Positions 29,158-39,307 of a stretch of 64,000 nt of DNA are shown piece after piece; positions within the stretch are counted from its first letter, which is position 1, and the number at the start of each line of letters is the position of its first letter. This DNA comes from Escherichia phage nomo. The position numbers were made by a program, and so were the translations under genes. The notes under the pieces were generated by a model. It ran no database searches, was not told where the DNA came from, and worked only from the letters and a program-made list of their open reading frames with translations. The stretch lies in sequence record MN850578.1. One strand, written 5' to 3'.

Positions 29158-31225
29158 ATTTATGGCATCTGCATACAACCGTTTCGGTGAGCCAAACCCG
29201 AAAGCAACTAAGTATAAAAGTGGGGGAAGTGTGAAACGAGACTATCGTGATGAAAAAGAAGTTGAAACTGTAGAGACTGTTTTAGAAAATACTAAAATTG
29301 TCCCTGTCCCACAACAAAATATCGGTCTGATGGCTGCACAATATTTTGGTGTGCGATCAGCATTGTCCCAAGAAGACGGTGTGACAGTCACTGCAACATA
29401 TTTCCCATATTACGACCGCTACGGAAATCTGTCCGGTTTCAAAAAGCGCGACTGGACGATTCCTAAAGAGCAAAGGGGCCATTTCTCCGTTGTTGGCATC
29501 GTAAAGGCTAACTCCCAGATGTTTGGTCAAAAGCTGTGTGCATCTTCCAACAACCGTAAGCAGATTAACGTTTGCGAGGGAGAAGGTGATGTTATTGCAG
29601 CATGGCAGGCTGCATATCAGATACAAGTAAAAGGGATTCTCACCAACGCTAAAGCCCCGGCAAAGGTGAAGCAGTGGGCTAAAGAGGTACAGGACGGGAT
29701 CGATGCAGTTATCAACGGTGGTGATCTGGCAGGAAAACCCTGCCTACCTTTTGTTGGAATTAACTGCGGATGTGCAAACGCAGTAGATACTTTTGCAAAC
29801 AATGAGAAGTTTATCCGTAGCTATGGAACAGTTGTGCTGGCAATGGATAACGATGCAGCTAACGAGGTAGAGAAGCAAAAACACGTCATTAAAGGTGTTG
29901 AGGCTACGCACAATATCGCAGCATTTTTGATGGCTGATAACGTTTACCACGTAGAGTACCCTGGTGAAGTAAACGATCCTGACGGTGTAAAAGATATCCG
30001 TGACATGCTGAAGGCTAAAAAGCTGGAAGATATTGTAAACATGTTCCGGCATCCTGTTAAGTATGTACCGGATGCTGTATCGGATTTAGAAGACTTCTCT
30101 ATCGAATCTTTGCGGAAAAAGACTTCCAACGGGGTAGATATCAGCGCAGAGTTCCCAAAACTGCAAAAAATGCTAAAAGGCTTGCACAAAGGGACACTCG
30201 TAATGCTTACAGGTCCATCAGGAGGCGGTAAAACAACTGTAGCTAAAAAACTGGAACACTGTATTGCAAGATACCTAATGGACCCGACATGTCCAAAGGC
30301 TGATGATTACGAAGAGGATGATCGTCTATGCATGATTCATCTTGAGGAGGACCCAGAGGAAGCAATTAACTCCTTGTATGCAAACCAGTTAGGGTTTGAT
30401 GTTAAAGAGTTTGTTGAAGATCCTAGCCAGTTTTTAACTGATCAAGAACACGCAGAGATTCACCAATCATGGGCAAAAGCTGGAAAAATCAAAGTGTTCA
30501 AACATTTCGGGTCTATTCCAGTGGACGAGTTGATTACCAAGCTTAAGCAAATGGTTTGCCTGTACCATTGTCGTTATATTGTGCTGGATCACCTGTCCAT
30601 GGTAATTTCAGGGCTTAATGTTAAGGATGAGCGAAAAGAACTGGACATGGCTATGACCCAACTGGCTGCGTTTTGTAAGCAGTTTAACGTGTTTATCTTG
30701 GTGATCGCTCACCTCAAACGTACAGAGATTGTGCCCCCTAAGGACAAGGATGGTAACCCATTACCTTTCTGGTATCCTGTGCGAAAAGAGAATTTGCGAG
30801 GATCGGCTGGGCTTGAACAGTTGAGTTGGGTAGTCATAGGTGTCGAGGCCGAAGAAATGGTGGATCGTTCTCGTGGACGTGTCCGTCTGGTAGGTCTTAA
30901 AAACCGTCCAGCAAAAACTTTAGGTATTGCTGACACTTTAGTTATGGATCCGCATACAGGTAAGTTCCATGATGCCAGTAATTGGTACTGGGACAAAGAA
31001 ATGCAGATGTTTACAGACGGAGAAGGTGGGGAGGTTGTTTGGAGACCTCAGGCTATGTTTGAGGATCAGGAGCATGCAGTTGTAGAAACACCTATGGGCA
31101 AGGTTGTGGCTGATAAGGTTGTAACACCCACTGTCAAGCCTATTGACACGCAGGAAGACCTCCAATACGATGATCCATCCTCTGATCCGGTCCCTGGTTT
31201 TGAGGATGATGAAACACCTTTTTAA
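29147..31225 (+). CDS. bifunctional DNA primase-helicase
   Basis: N-terminal Toprim-like residues (CEGEGD, LAMDNDAANE), C-terminal Walker A LTGPSGGGKTT and Walker B-like VLDHLS. Confidence 0.7.
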   Translation: MGSKFMASAYNRFGEPNPKATKYKSGGSVKRDYRDEKEVETVETVLENTKIVPVPQQNIGLMAAQYFGVRSALSQEDGVTVTATYFPYYDRYGNLSGFKKRDWTIPKEQRGHFSVVGIVKANSQMFGQKLCASSNNRKQINVCEGEGDVIAAWQAAYQIQVKGILTNAKAPAKVKQWAKEVQDGIDAVINGGDLAGKPCLPFVGINCGCANAVDTFANNEKFIRSYGTVVLAMDNDAANEVEKQKHVIKGVEATHNIAAFLMADNVYHVEYPGEVNDPDGVKDIRDMLKAKKLEDIVNMFRHPVKYVPDAVSDLEDFSIESLRKKTSNGVDISAEFPKLQKMLKGLHKGTLVMLTGPSGGGKTTVAKKLEHCIARYLMDPTCPKADDYEEDDRLCMIHLEEDPEEAINSLYANQLGFDVKEFVEDPSQFLTDQEHAEIHQSWAKAGKIKVFKHFGSIPVDELITKLKQMVCLYHCRYIVLDHLSMVISGLNVKDERKELDMAMTQLAAFCKQFNVFILVIAHLKRTEIVPPKDKDGNPLPFWYPVRKENLRGSAGLEQLSWVVIGVEAEEMVDRSRGRVRLVGLKNRPAKTLGIADTLVMDPHTGKFHDASNWYWDKEMQMFTDGEGGEVVWRPQAMFEDQEHAVVETPMGKVVADKVVTPTVKPIDTQEDLQYDDPSSDPVPGFEDDETPF

Positions 31226-31283
31226 TGTTTAACAAAGAGTGGGAGGGGTAGTACAACCGCCTCCCCTTTAAGGAGAACTGTAT

Positions 31284-34061
31284 ATGAGCATGTGGTCGTT
31301 CGACTTTGAGTCATCCGGTTTGCTGGAAGATCCAGATCTTTATTATCACTGCGGCCTGTTTAAAGAGCTGAATAAGAACCGTTTTATGCTGTTCCTTCCT
31401 CTAAATGACCGCACACACTACTCCGAAGAGGATATAGAGAAGGCTAAGAACTTTATTCTGGCAAAGAAAACTCTTCATAAAGATTTTGAAGTTCGCATAG
31501 CAGATTTTTCGGAGTTGGAAGGTTGGCTTACAGGCAATTCCGACTGGTCACCAACAGCTTTGAACTGCCATAACTGCTACAGTTATGACTTTATGCTGAT
31601 GGAAAGATTATCCGGTATTCATTTTGATATGTTCCGTGATCCTAAATGCATGGGGACTATCAACGACCACCAGGTTAACCTGTTTGATACGTTGGCGATG
31701 AGCAGAATCTTGTGGCCTGATCGCCCTTTACCAAAAGGTTGTCCGGACTCTGTATTCAACCCGGTTACTAAGAAAATGCAGCCTGTTGGTCCTCACGGCC
31801 TTATGGCATGGGGCTACGCCCTTGGTAACCAGAAAGTTCAAATTGATGACTGGCGCGATCTTCCGTTGTGGAAGTATGTGGATCGTGTATTCGAGGACGT
31901 TATCATCCAGGAGCTGCTCTGGAAAGAGCTGGTAGCGGAATCAAAAGGTGTATTCTACGGCAAATCTGACATGCAGAACTTTATGTACGATCCAGCCAAA
32001 GAGAAGCCGAAAGGGTTCAAGAAAATCACCTGGAAGAACGCATTACGCCGAGGCATGCTGCAGCACTTCCTGATGGAGCTGCAGGCCCGTCAGGGTGTGT
32101 ATTTCGACATAGATGGGGCTATTGCTTTACGTGACCGTTGCGATGCGTGGATGAAAGAGATCGCTGATCGTGTTGAACCTCAACTTCCTTTAAAAGAGTT
32201 GTCAATGTCTCAGCGGCCCAAGTTCCCTGAAAAGCCGTTTAACCAAGATGGGACAATCTCCAATAATGGTTGGAAATGGTTAAAAGATAAGCTTGGCTAT
32301 CCTGTAGACATGAGCGCTTTAGAATTCAAAGCCCCGCCTAAGCGAGCATTTACCTCCACAGGAGATGTCAGCAAGATGGGGATAAAATGGTGCGAAGAGA
32401 TGGGCTGCAAAGACCCCGACAAGATGGCTGATTTCTTGAGAGGTTATATTAAGGGCACCTCCACACCACAACCTTTACCTAAAGAGCTGATGGATCAGGC
32501 AATAAGTGATCTGCAGCAGAAGCGAATGCCTGACTGCAAGATACCTATGAAAATCAGCAATCAGGACGACATTAAGCGATACCTGATCAGTGCTGGTTGG
32601 CTTCCGACAATGTGGAGAACTAAGGATGTAACTAAGGACAGCAAGAAGAAAGCTCTACCTGATGCAGATGTTGATGCACGAGTATATGCATACATGGACG
32701 AGCTTTTAGAGTCAGAGTATTGTGACCTAATTATCAACTTCTGGAACAAAACTGATGCTAAGTTTCAGACAACAGTGCACAAGTTCCGAAGCTTTCCTAA
32801 CTCCGAAAGGATTAAAAAGGAAGTGTTCGGGAAAATACGCAGAAAAGCCAGGGCACTTATTACTTCTCCGCAACTGAAAGATACGTTTGGACACCTATGT
32901 CCGAATCTTGAAAAATTGAACGGAGAGATGGCTAAAGATATCGTCTTGTGGTTATCATTGCGAAACCGCAGATCGGTCCTTGATCCAATCAAGGAGGATA
33001 AGGTTGATACTGGTCTTCTTAATCACCCACGTTTGAAGATTGACCATAAGCTTCCTGCTAAAAGCTCTGGATTAACAAACACTTCCCGACAGAAACACAG
33101 TATTTGTGCAAACATGCCTAAACCATCTCCTAAAGTGGTTATGGGTAAAGAGATGCGTAGCTTGTGGGGTGTTCCTCCTGGATACTTTGAGATCGGTATT
33201 GACGGGTCCAACTTAGAGCAGCTTATCGGGGCTTGGGGTGCCTTTGAGTTCGACAACGGCTTGTACTATGATGTTGTAAGTAACGGGGACGCACACCAAA
33301 ACAATGCTGAGGCATATACAAAAGTAGCAGGCAGAGAGGTGTCTCGTAACGACGGTAAACCTATCACGTATGGGGTTATGTACGGGGCACAAAAAGATAA
33401 AGTTGCAGATATGCTGGATATCTCCCCAGAGTTAGGGCAAAGAGTGATCGATGCACTTTGGGATGCCAACCCCGGTCTTAAGGGGCGCAAAGAGGATCTG
33501 GAGAAATTCTGGGAAGCAACAGGTAAGAAGTTTATCTACTCTTTTGATGGTCATGCTATCTGGACCCGATCTAAACACTCTTTACTTAATGCATACCAAC
33601 AAAATGGTGGTGCATCGCTGTGTGACTTAGTTGGGATACTCATGCACCACCAAATGGTGAAGCGTGGGTGGTACGATGAAGGTGTCCGTCGTATTATCTA
33701 TTACCATGACGAATATCAGCTTCAAGTGCCTGACACACCGAAGTATAAGACTGTGTACACCTTCGACACAATTGAAGAACTGGAAGCATTTAAGGCAGAG
33801 CAGGAAGCCAAACTTCATGTGTTCGACGGTCATAAGTACAAAAAGGCACGCAAGGATGAGGACGGAAACGAAGTGGTTGACAGAGACGGAAACACGGTGT
33901 ACGATCCTATCCTGAACGATGACGGAAAGCTTGAACTTATCTGGAGCCCTGTGGGTGAAATGGTGGTGCATTGCTTCTGGCAAGCTTCTAAAATGATGGG
34001 AGTCCCGTTCCAGATCACAGGTGAATACTTGTGTGGTCGTAACTGGGGTGATTGTCACTAA
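31284..34061 (+). CDS. family A DNA polymerase with 3'-5' exonuclease domain
   Basis: Exo I FDFESSGL; motif A IGIDGSNLEQ; motif B R..GKPITYGVMYGA; motif C YYHDEYQL. Confidence 0.75.
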   Translation: MSMWSFDFESSGLLEDPDLYYHCGLFKELNKNRFMLFLPLNDRTHYSEEDIEKAKNFILAKKTLHKDFEVRIADFSELEGWLTGNSDWSPTALNCHNCYSYDFMLMERLSGIHFDMFRDPKCMGTINDHQVNLFDTLAMSRILWPDRPLPKGCPDSVFNPVTKKMQPVGPHGLMAWGYALGNQKVQIDDWRDLPLWKYVDRVFEDVIIQELLWKELVAESKGVFYGKSDMQNFMYDPAKEKPKGFKKITWKNALRRGMLQHFLMELQARQGVYFDIDGAIALRDRCDAWMKEIADRVEPQLPLKELSMSQRPKFPEKPFNQDGTISNNGWKWLKDKLGYPVDMSALEFKAPPKRAFTSTGDVSKMGIKWCEEMGCKDPDKMADFLRGYIKGTSTPQPLPKELMDQAISDLQQKRMPDCKIPMKISNQDDIKRYLISAGWLPTMWRTKDVTKDSKKKALPDADVDARVYAYMDELLESEYCDLIINFWNKTDAKFQTTVHKFRSFPNSERIKKEVFGKIRRKARALITSPQLKDTFGHLCPNLEKLNGEMAKDIVLWLSLRNRRSVLDPIKEDKVDTGLLNHPRLKIDHKLPAKSSGLTNTSRQKHSICANMPKPSPKVVMGKEMRSLWGVPPGYFEIGIDGSNLEQLIGAWGAFEFDNGLYYDVVSNGDAHQNNAEAYTKVAGREVSRNDGKPITYGVMYGAQKDKVADMLDISPELGQRVIDALWDANPGLKGRKEDLEKFWEATGKKFIYSFDGHAIWTRSKHSLLNAYQQNGGASLCDLVGILMHHQMVKRGWYDEGVRRIIYYHDEYQLQVPDTPKYKTVYTFDTIEELEAFKAEQEAKLHVFDGHKYKKARKDEDGNEVVDRDGNTVYDPILNDDGKLELIWSPVGEMVVHCFWQASKMMGVPFQITGEYLCGRNWGDCH

Positions 34062-34110
34062 TGTAAACTATCAGCACAGGGAGGTGCTGTTGAGCAAAGA
34101 GGAGACTTTT

Positions 34111-34395
34111 ATGGTAGTAGAGCCAACAAAAACATTTACATCCATGACCATTCCTGTTATTATGCAGGTGGAGTGTGTTCAGGTATCTCAAGTGTGGCCT
34201 GGCACCAAAATCCCAACAGGGCCTGATTTCTTTCAGGTTGGGAAAGTGTACAATGTCTGGAAGGCACCAGATTGTTACCCTTTCATTAAAGATGACCGTG
34301 GGATGCTGTGGTATCTTGGAAATGACTTGACACTGCACCTTGGGAATGCTATTATTGCAGTATTCAGACTTAACAAGAAGGAGACCGATCAATGA
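34111..34395 (+). CDS. hypothetical protein (small paralog family)
   Basis: Start moved to ATG after gaggag; shares W/Y-rich pattern with 34392 and 34616 genes. Confidence 0.45.
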   Translation: MVVEPTKTFTSMTIPVIMQVECVQVSQVWPGTKIPTGPDFFQVGKVYNVWKAPDCYPFIKDDRGMLWYLGNDLTLHLGNAIIAVFRLNKKETDQ

Positions 34396-34619
34396 CGACT
34401 TTGGTTAAAGCTACTTTTGTAGAAGAAAAGATGACAGACCTGTCATTCTTTAAAGAAGGAAAGACCTACGAGGTTTATTACGATAAAGCTCGTGCAAACA
34501 AAATGATTAAAGATGAGGAAGGGGTTGCCTGGTATATCTCTCACCTGGCAAACGGTGAGTATCATATCTACGGAACCACTTTGCTTGCCAAGTTTGTAGT
34601 TGTTGAAGAGGACCTATGA
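34392..34619 (+). CDS. hypothetical protein (small paralog family)
   Basis: RBS aaggag; ATGA-coupled. Confidence 0.5.
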   Translation: MTTLVKATFVEEKMTDLSFFKEGKTYEVYYDKARANKMIKDEEGVAWYISHLANGEYHIYGTTLLAKFVVVEEDL

Positions 34620-34810
34620 AAGTAAAGTATCTTGCTGAAGGTATGAATAGGTATTTTACCCTTGGGGAAGAATATTGGCCCTTTACAAACAACGGTGATG
34701 TCTACGTGAAAGATAATTTCGGCACGCCGTGGTTTCTGCACTCTAATGGGCTGGGATACTCCATTTACTGCGGTGCAGTGAACAACACAACTCTTGCAGA
34801 GTTCGTTTAG
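34616..34810 (+). CDS. hypothetical protein (small paralog family)
   Basis: RBS gaagagg. Confidence 0.5.
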   Translation: MKVKYLAEGMNRYFTLGEEYWPFTNNGDVYVKDNFGTPWFLHSNGLGYSIYCGAVNNTTLAEFV

Positions 34811-34820
34811 AGGAGGTAGG

Positions 34821-35192
34821 ATGTTAGTAAAAGGTACCCACACAGTCAAACAACGTATTGAAGTTGAGATTGATGATTGTGAGCTGAAGCATATTTTACG
34901 GTCATGCTCCAACGTTTTGCTCCTTAGTATTCTTCAGGAGCGAGCGGAGAACGAGTTCTTAAATGCATTGGCAGGCCGTCCCGGTGACTTCTGTGTGCGT
35001 AAGCGTGGTGACAACAAGTCATGGTTGTGGGAAATCGATGCCGACTGGGATTACCACAAAAATGAGGGTATAGATGAGCCTATTCGTGAACTGACTGACA
35101 AAGAGATTCAGATGTACAATGAAGTTTGTCATTGGGCAACACGCCAACAAATTTACCTAGACCCTGTGTGGCTGATTGAAAATAGCCATTGA
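34821..35192 (+). CDS. hypothetical protein
   Basis: Start moved to ATG after gaggagg. Confidence 0.5.
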   Translation: MLVKGTHTVKQRIEVEIDDCELKHILRSCSNVLLLSILQERAENEFLNALAGRPGDFCVRKRGDNKSWLWEIDADWDYHKNEGIDEPIRELTDKEIQMYNEVCHWATRQQIYLDPVWLIENSH

Positions 35193-35268
35193 CAAGAAGT
35201 AAGATTAGATATAAGATGCTTCGCACAAACAGAGTGTTGATTTTTAAATAACTAAGGAGACTGCTAAG

Positions 35269-35523
35269 ATGAAAATTACTTTGAAGTCAGAATGCGTTGC
35301 AAATGACCGAGCTTTTAAAGATTGCACAGTCGGTGCAATTTATGAAGCAGAGTTTTGTGAGAACCCTCTGGTAAAAGCCCTCCTGGAAGAAGGGGCCCCT
35401 TTATCACAAGAAGAGATCGATGAGCTGGAAAACTCAGCACAGTGCCTTACCTTTAAAGATGATGAAGGAGACTCTGTATGGTGCACTGTTAATGAAGTAG
35501 TTTTTGTAAAACCTGAACATTAA
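35269..35523 (+). CDS. hypothetical protein (paralog of 35587 gene)
   Basis: RBS aaggag; AFKDCTVGAIYEA / DDEGDSVWCTVNEV blocks shared with next gene. Confidence 0.5.
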   Translation: MKITLKSECVANDRAFKDCTVGAIYEAEFCENPLVKALLEEGAPLSQEEIDELENSAQCLTFKDDEGDSVWCTVNEVVFVKPEH

Positions 35524-35526
35524 TAC

Positions 35527-35555
35527 TTGACAACAGTGATGGGGCCTAATATAAT
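35527..35555 (+). promoter_or_regulatory. consensus sigma70 promoter
   Basis: TTGACA, 17-bp spacer, TATAAT. Confidence 0.6.
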
Positions 35556-35586
35556 GGCCCTATCAAAACGAAAGGGGACCACAGCA

Positions 35587-35847
35587 ATGACCAAACAATA
35601 CCAACGAATTAAAGCCAAGGTTAAGCCAGACTATCTGGAGAAAGACTCTGCTTTTCGGGACTGCACAGCCGACAAAGTTTACACAGGGGCTGTCCTGTTG
35701 AACGATAAACTTGAAGTAGATGTGCTGGGTAAAGAGGCCGTTATCGAGGATGACAACGGTGACTGTGTTTTCTGCACCACACGGGAGCTAGAAGTCTTAG
35801 AATACTTCGGTGAAATCTTCAACTCTTTAGACGACGAGGAAGCGTGA
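35587..35847 (+). CDS. hypothetical protein (paralog of 35269 gene)
   Basis: Start moved downstream of the promoter to ATG (MTKQYQ..) after aaagggg. Confidence 0.45.
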   Translation: MTKQYQRIKAKVKPDYLEKDSAFRDCTADKVYTGAVLLNDKLEVDVLGKEAVIEDDNGDCVFCTTRELEVLEYFGEIFNSLDDEEA

Positions 35848-36236
35848 TGAAAAATATTTGGGATATTGATATCTTTGAAGCCTCTAAGCTTGACGGTGCT
35901 GATGGAGTTATTATGGTGTCTGATGGCAAGGCAACACTAACTTCCGGAGATATCATCTATGCCTTGGACGAGCTGGCGCTTCTGAAATCTACCGGTAACA
36001 CTTTAGAGGAGCGTCTTCAAGGCTTCGCCTTCAAAGAAGGCACAAATACCGCCATGATGTGCACCACACGGACAGTTCAGGTTGGTAACGGTGTCTATAT
36101 GATCATTGCGGTGTGTCCTAAATTCAGCAACGTCAATAAAGATGATGCTGACGCTGTCAACGATGTGGTTGTTCTCTTCGTAGGTGACGCTATGGCAGAC
36201 CTGATGAATGCAGGAGAAGCGGCAAATGAAGACTGA
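35844..36236 (+). CDS. hypothetical protein
   Basis: RBS gagga; ATGA overlap. Confidence 0.5.
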   Translation: MMKNIWDIDIFEASKLDGADGVIMVSDGKATLTSGDIIYALDELALLKSTGNTLEERLQGFAFKEGTNTAMMCTTRTVQVGNGVYMIIAVCPKFSNVNKDDADAVNDVVVLFVGDAMADLMNAGEAANED

Positions 36237-36528
36237 AAACATTACCCCAGCAGGGTTCTTAAAAGTATACCGTGAACTGCTATATACTACAGAGGACAGT
36301 GTTCTAGAGTATCCAGAATATCTTTTGCTGTATAAGTATCTGCAGGAGGCTGGTGAAAATCTGCCAGTTAGTGCAGAAGGTGGTCCGAACTGGATATACA
36401 GCGCATGGAGAAAGGTTGACATTCTCCCAGATCCAGGTAAAGATATGGTAGTTTGGCAGCTTATCAACAACATTGGGATTCCAATCTTTGATGAAGCTGT
36501 TAAAATCTATTTTGAACTTGACGATTAA
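36226..36528 (+). CDS. hypothetical protein
   Basis: Start at ATG after ggagaag. Confidence 0.45.
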   Translation: MKTENITPAGFLKVYRELLYTTEDSVLEYPEYLLLYKYLQEAGENLPVSAEGGPNWIYSAWRKVDILPDPGKDMVVWQLINNIGIPIFDEAVKIYFELDD

Positions 36529-36545
36529 TATCAGGAGACCTTAAG

Positions 36546-36791
36546 ATGACTGAAGTAGTTGCTCGCGCAGGACAGAAAGTACGTTGTGTTGAAGTAGGTT
36601 TTGGTGGCAAAGGGTGTCAAAACTTGACTCAAGGTAAGGAATATGCTGTTATTTCTGGTGGTGGCGACGAAAGTATTGTGTTCGAGGGCCACATCCTGGA
36701 TGCTGAAAACTTTGAAATCTTTGACGACGATGGGGATCCAATCACCTGCCTGCTGGACGGGAATTGGGGAACTTTCGAAGTGATTGGCTAA
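36546..36791 (+). CDS. hypothetical protein
   Basis: RBS caggaga. Confidence 0.5.
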   Translation: MTEVVARAGQKVRCVEVGFGGKGCQNLTQGKEYAVISGGGDESIVFEGHILDAENFEIFDDDGDPITCLLDGNWGTFEVIG

Positions 36792-36874
36792 CAAATACCT
36801 ATTGTAATTTGCAGAAGGGGATGCTAAAATAGTGTCTCCTTCTATGTTGTTCAAATAAAATCGGAGATTCCATA

Positions 36875-37240
36875 ATGGAACAAATGAACGATCAAGCGTC
36901 GGTTGCGATGAACGAGCAAGAACAACCTCAAGAATTTTTCTTAGGGTTAAGTAAAGATCAAGTGTCTCTTCTGCTAGTGCTTTCTTCTTTCATGGGAAGA
37001 CTTCAGGAGCTCACACAACAACCAGAGGCTGAACAATTATTTCAAGCTCTGCGTGAAGAAGAAAAATATCGTCGTTTGGACTATGCCTTAGGTTGGGTAG
37101 CTCAACAACGAGATATGCTGATGGCCCTCTCTGGGACCACAAGTTTTGCAATGGGGCTGTTGGCTCAAGTTCAGGACAAATTAATTCAAGCAGGGTTTGC
37201 ACACACGGCAAACACTAACGAAGAACAAGGAGACAAATAA
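36875..37240 (+). CDS. hypothetical protein
   Basis: RBS cggaga. Confidence 0.5.
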   Translation: MEQMNDQASVAMNEQEQPQEFFLGLSKDQVSLLLVLSSFMGRLQELTQQPEAEQLFQALREEEKYRRLDYALGWVAQQRDMLMALSGTTSFAMGLLAQVQDKLIQAGFAHTANTNEEQGDK

Positions 37241-38466
37241 TGAGCGTTATTCAACAATTCGCTAACCCGATGAATCCGCGTGAAACTGTTTTACTGGCTC
37301 ACGGCATGATTAAACGTGTCAGCATCAAGCCTATCAAAGGTGCTGATCCTACAACAGGTATTAAAACCACTGTGTGGCAAGGTAAGAAAATTGAATCCAG
37401 CCACACCATCTCTTTACTGATTTCTGAACTGGATTCCTCTGATAACCTGCTTCAAGGTGGTGAAGAAGTTTGGATCAGCATGGGTGATAAGCTGCTTAAA
37501 CCTGGTCATCAAGACTCTGTCTCTGTTAAAATTGATGACAAGTGGGAAACCGTAACGCCGGGATGGATCGTAAATATTCCTTTGAAGGCAAACGAGCATA
37601 ACGGTAAGACCTATTACAAAGGCTCACTGGCTAAGATGGTCAAGCTGGGTGCAGGAGAGGCTCCAGCAGCGACTCAGCAGCAAAAACAGCAACAAGGTGC
37701 ACAATCACAAGGCCAGAAGCAGAAACCTCAGCAGAATGCCAATCAGGACGTTTTACGCATCTATGGCGATGTGACTCAGATTGTTGGCAACGTGGTTACT
37801 GTTAATGACCACAAGATTGGCGAAGGTGCTATGGTTGTAACTGATGAGCAGCTTAAAGACCTGGTGGTAGGTGGTCGTGTTGCAGCCATTGTTGACAAAG
37901 ACACCGGAAACATTATCAGTGGTTTCAAAGCCTATCCCCCTAAGGCAGAGAACGGCACTCAAGGCTCCGGTGGCAAGCGTAAATCCTCTTACGACCCTAT
38001 CGGTGTGGAAACGGGGCATAGCATCAATGCGTTGCAGATCATCCTGGATCGCGGGTTTAAGGTAGACGACCCACTGGGCGTGGCTAAAACACTGCACGTA
38101 GTCACCATTGAGCTTAAGAAAGAGTATGCTCAAGCCACCAACCGAACTGAAGATGAAGTAGGTGCCAGTGTCGGTAATGCGGTGTTGAACGCTTGTCGCC
38201 GTATTGACAAGAAAACGAAAGTTGATGATTTTGCAGCGGCAATTACTGCAGAAGCAAAAGATGTCTTGACTAATCTGGCTGAACCGTTGTACGATTGGAT
38301 CAAGAACGGTGCTGGGTCAACTGACTATCAAGAACCCCAGGCTGCCAAACAGGAAGCAGCTCCACAGCAAAACACTGTAGACGCTCCTCCTGTAAATGAT
38401 GAGGAAGATGACCCAATGGATCAGAATCCAGCACAGTATACCTTTGATGATGACATCCCTTTTTAA
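37240..38466 (+). CDS. putative ssDNA-binding protein with bacterial SSB-type C-terminal tail
   Basis: Ends ..NPAQYTFDDDIPF, identical in its last six residues to the E. coli SSB C-terminal tip DDDIPF; Gln-rich linker before acidic tail. Confidence 0.55.
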   Translation: MSVIQQFANPMNPRETVLLAHGMIKRVSIKPIKGADPTTGIKTTVWQGKKIESSHTISLLISELDSSDNLLQGGEEVWISMGDKLLKPGHQDSVSVKIDDKWETVTPGWIVNIPLKANEHNGKTYYKGSLAKMVKLGAGEAPAATQQQKQQQGAQSQGQKQKPQQNANQDVLRIYGDVTQIVGNVVTVNDHKIGEGAMVVTDEQLKDLVVGGRVAAIVDKDTGNIISGFKAYPPKAENGTQGSGGKRKSSYDPIGVETGHSINALQIILDRGFKVDDPLGVAKTLHVVTIELKKEYAQATNRTEDEVGASVGNAVLNACRRIDKKTKVDDFAAAITAEAKDVLTNLAEPLYDWIKNGAGSTDYQEPQAAKQEAAPQQNTVDAPPVNDEEDDPMDQNPAQYTFDDDIPF

Positions 38467-38481
38467 CATCTAGTTAACATA

Positions 38482-38509
38482 GCCCTGCCCGAAAGGGTGG
38501 GGCATTTTT
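38482..38509 (+). terminator. rho-independent terminator
   Basis: gccctgccc-gaaa-gggtggggc then atttttg; sequence copy of the 28349 terminator. Confidence 0.6.
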
Positions 38510-38528
38510 GTATAAGGAGATCTGAAAA

Positions 38529-38945
38529 ATGACATTAGAAGATATCATTGTTAAGCCTGAGAACTATGACCAATACAACCTGTCAACTCAATCTGTAGAC
38601 CTTGGATGCGCCACGGTCAGTGCGTGGCTGGTTAACGGAAAAGAGCTGGATAAATGCTTAGAAGCTCACATGTCTATTAACAAGTTTCTGGATGAAAATA
38701 CTCACTGGCTTGAGGGTGCAGGCGTATATGCTTCATGGTTGGATAGTATGGGATTCGACTACCAATCTGAAGAGGGGTGGTGGAGCTATTTAGCTATCTG
38801 TCCAGAGACGCTACAATGCTTCATGAAATATTCTGAAGATTTGGAGTACCGGGCGGTGGTTGATAGTGCTATTGCCCGTTATAGCCGTAAACCTTTTTCC
38901 CACGACATTAAAACTGTGGAAGAATTTGTTGAAGTTTTCTGTTGA
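38529..38945 (+). CDS. hypothetical protein
   Basis: RBS aaggag. Confidence 0.5.
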   Translation: MTLEDIIVKPENYDQYNLSTQSVDLGCATVSAWLVNGKELDKCLEAHMSINKFLDENTHWLEGAGVYASWLDSMGFDYQSEEGWWSYLAICPETLQCFMKYSEDLEYRAVVDSAIARYSRKPFSHDIKTVEEFVEVFC

Positions 38946-39041
38946 CACAGATTGAAAGGTGTGCAATTATAACTTCATAGAACGGGAGGACGTGATGAAC
39001 GAAGAAAACTGGGATGTATAACTAACAGGAGGCCACTGCCC

Positions 39042-39239
39042 ATGATTTATCGAATCCGTGTAAGAGAAGATGCACCAGGCTGTTACTTTGACTGGCGTGG
39101 GTGGTGGTTTATCCACCCAATGGATGGACTCACAGATAGAATGCTGGATGCTGCCCTTTACACAGATACCGACATAGAATATAATCTCTATCTGAAGGAC
39201 GGTATAGATAACGGCCTGTTTGAAGCAATTCCTGTGTAA
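39042..39239 (+). CDS. hypothetical protein
   Basis: RBS caggagg. Confidence 0.45.
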   Translation: MIYRIRVREDAPGCYFDWRGWWFIHPMDGLTDRMLDAALYTDTDIEYNLYLKDGIDNGLFEAIPV

Positions 39240-39307
39240 GAGACTGTGATAGCTATGTTTTATGATCTTCCTGTAGCGCCACCACCTGTTGAACCAGGAG
39301 AACTAAG

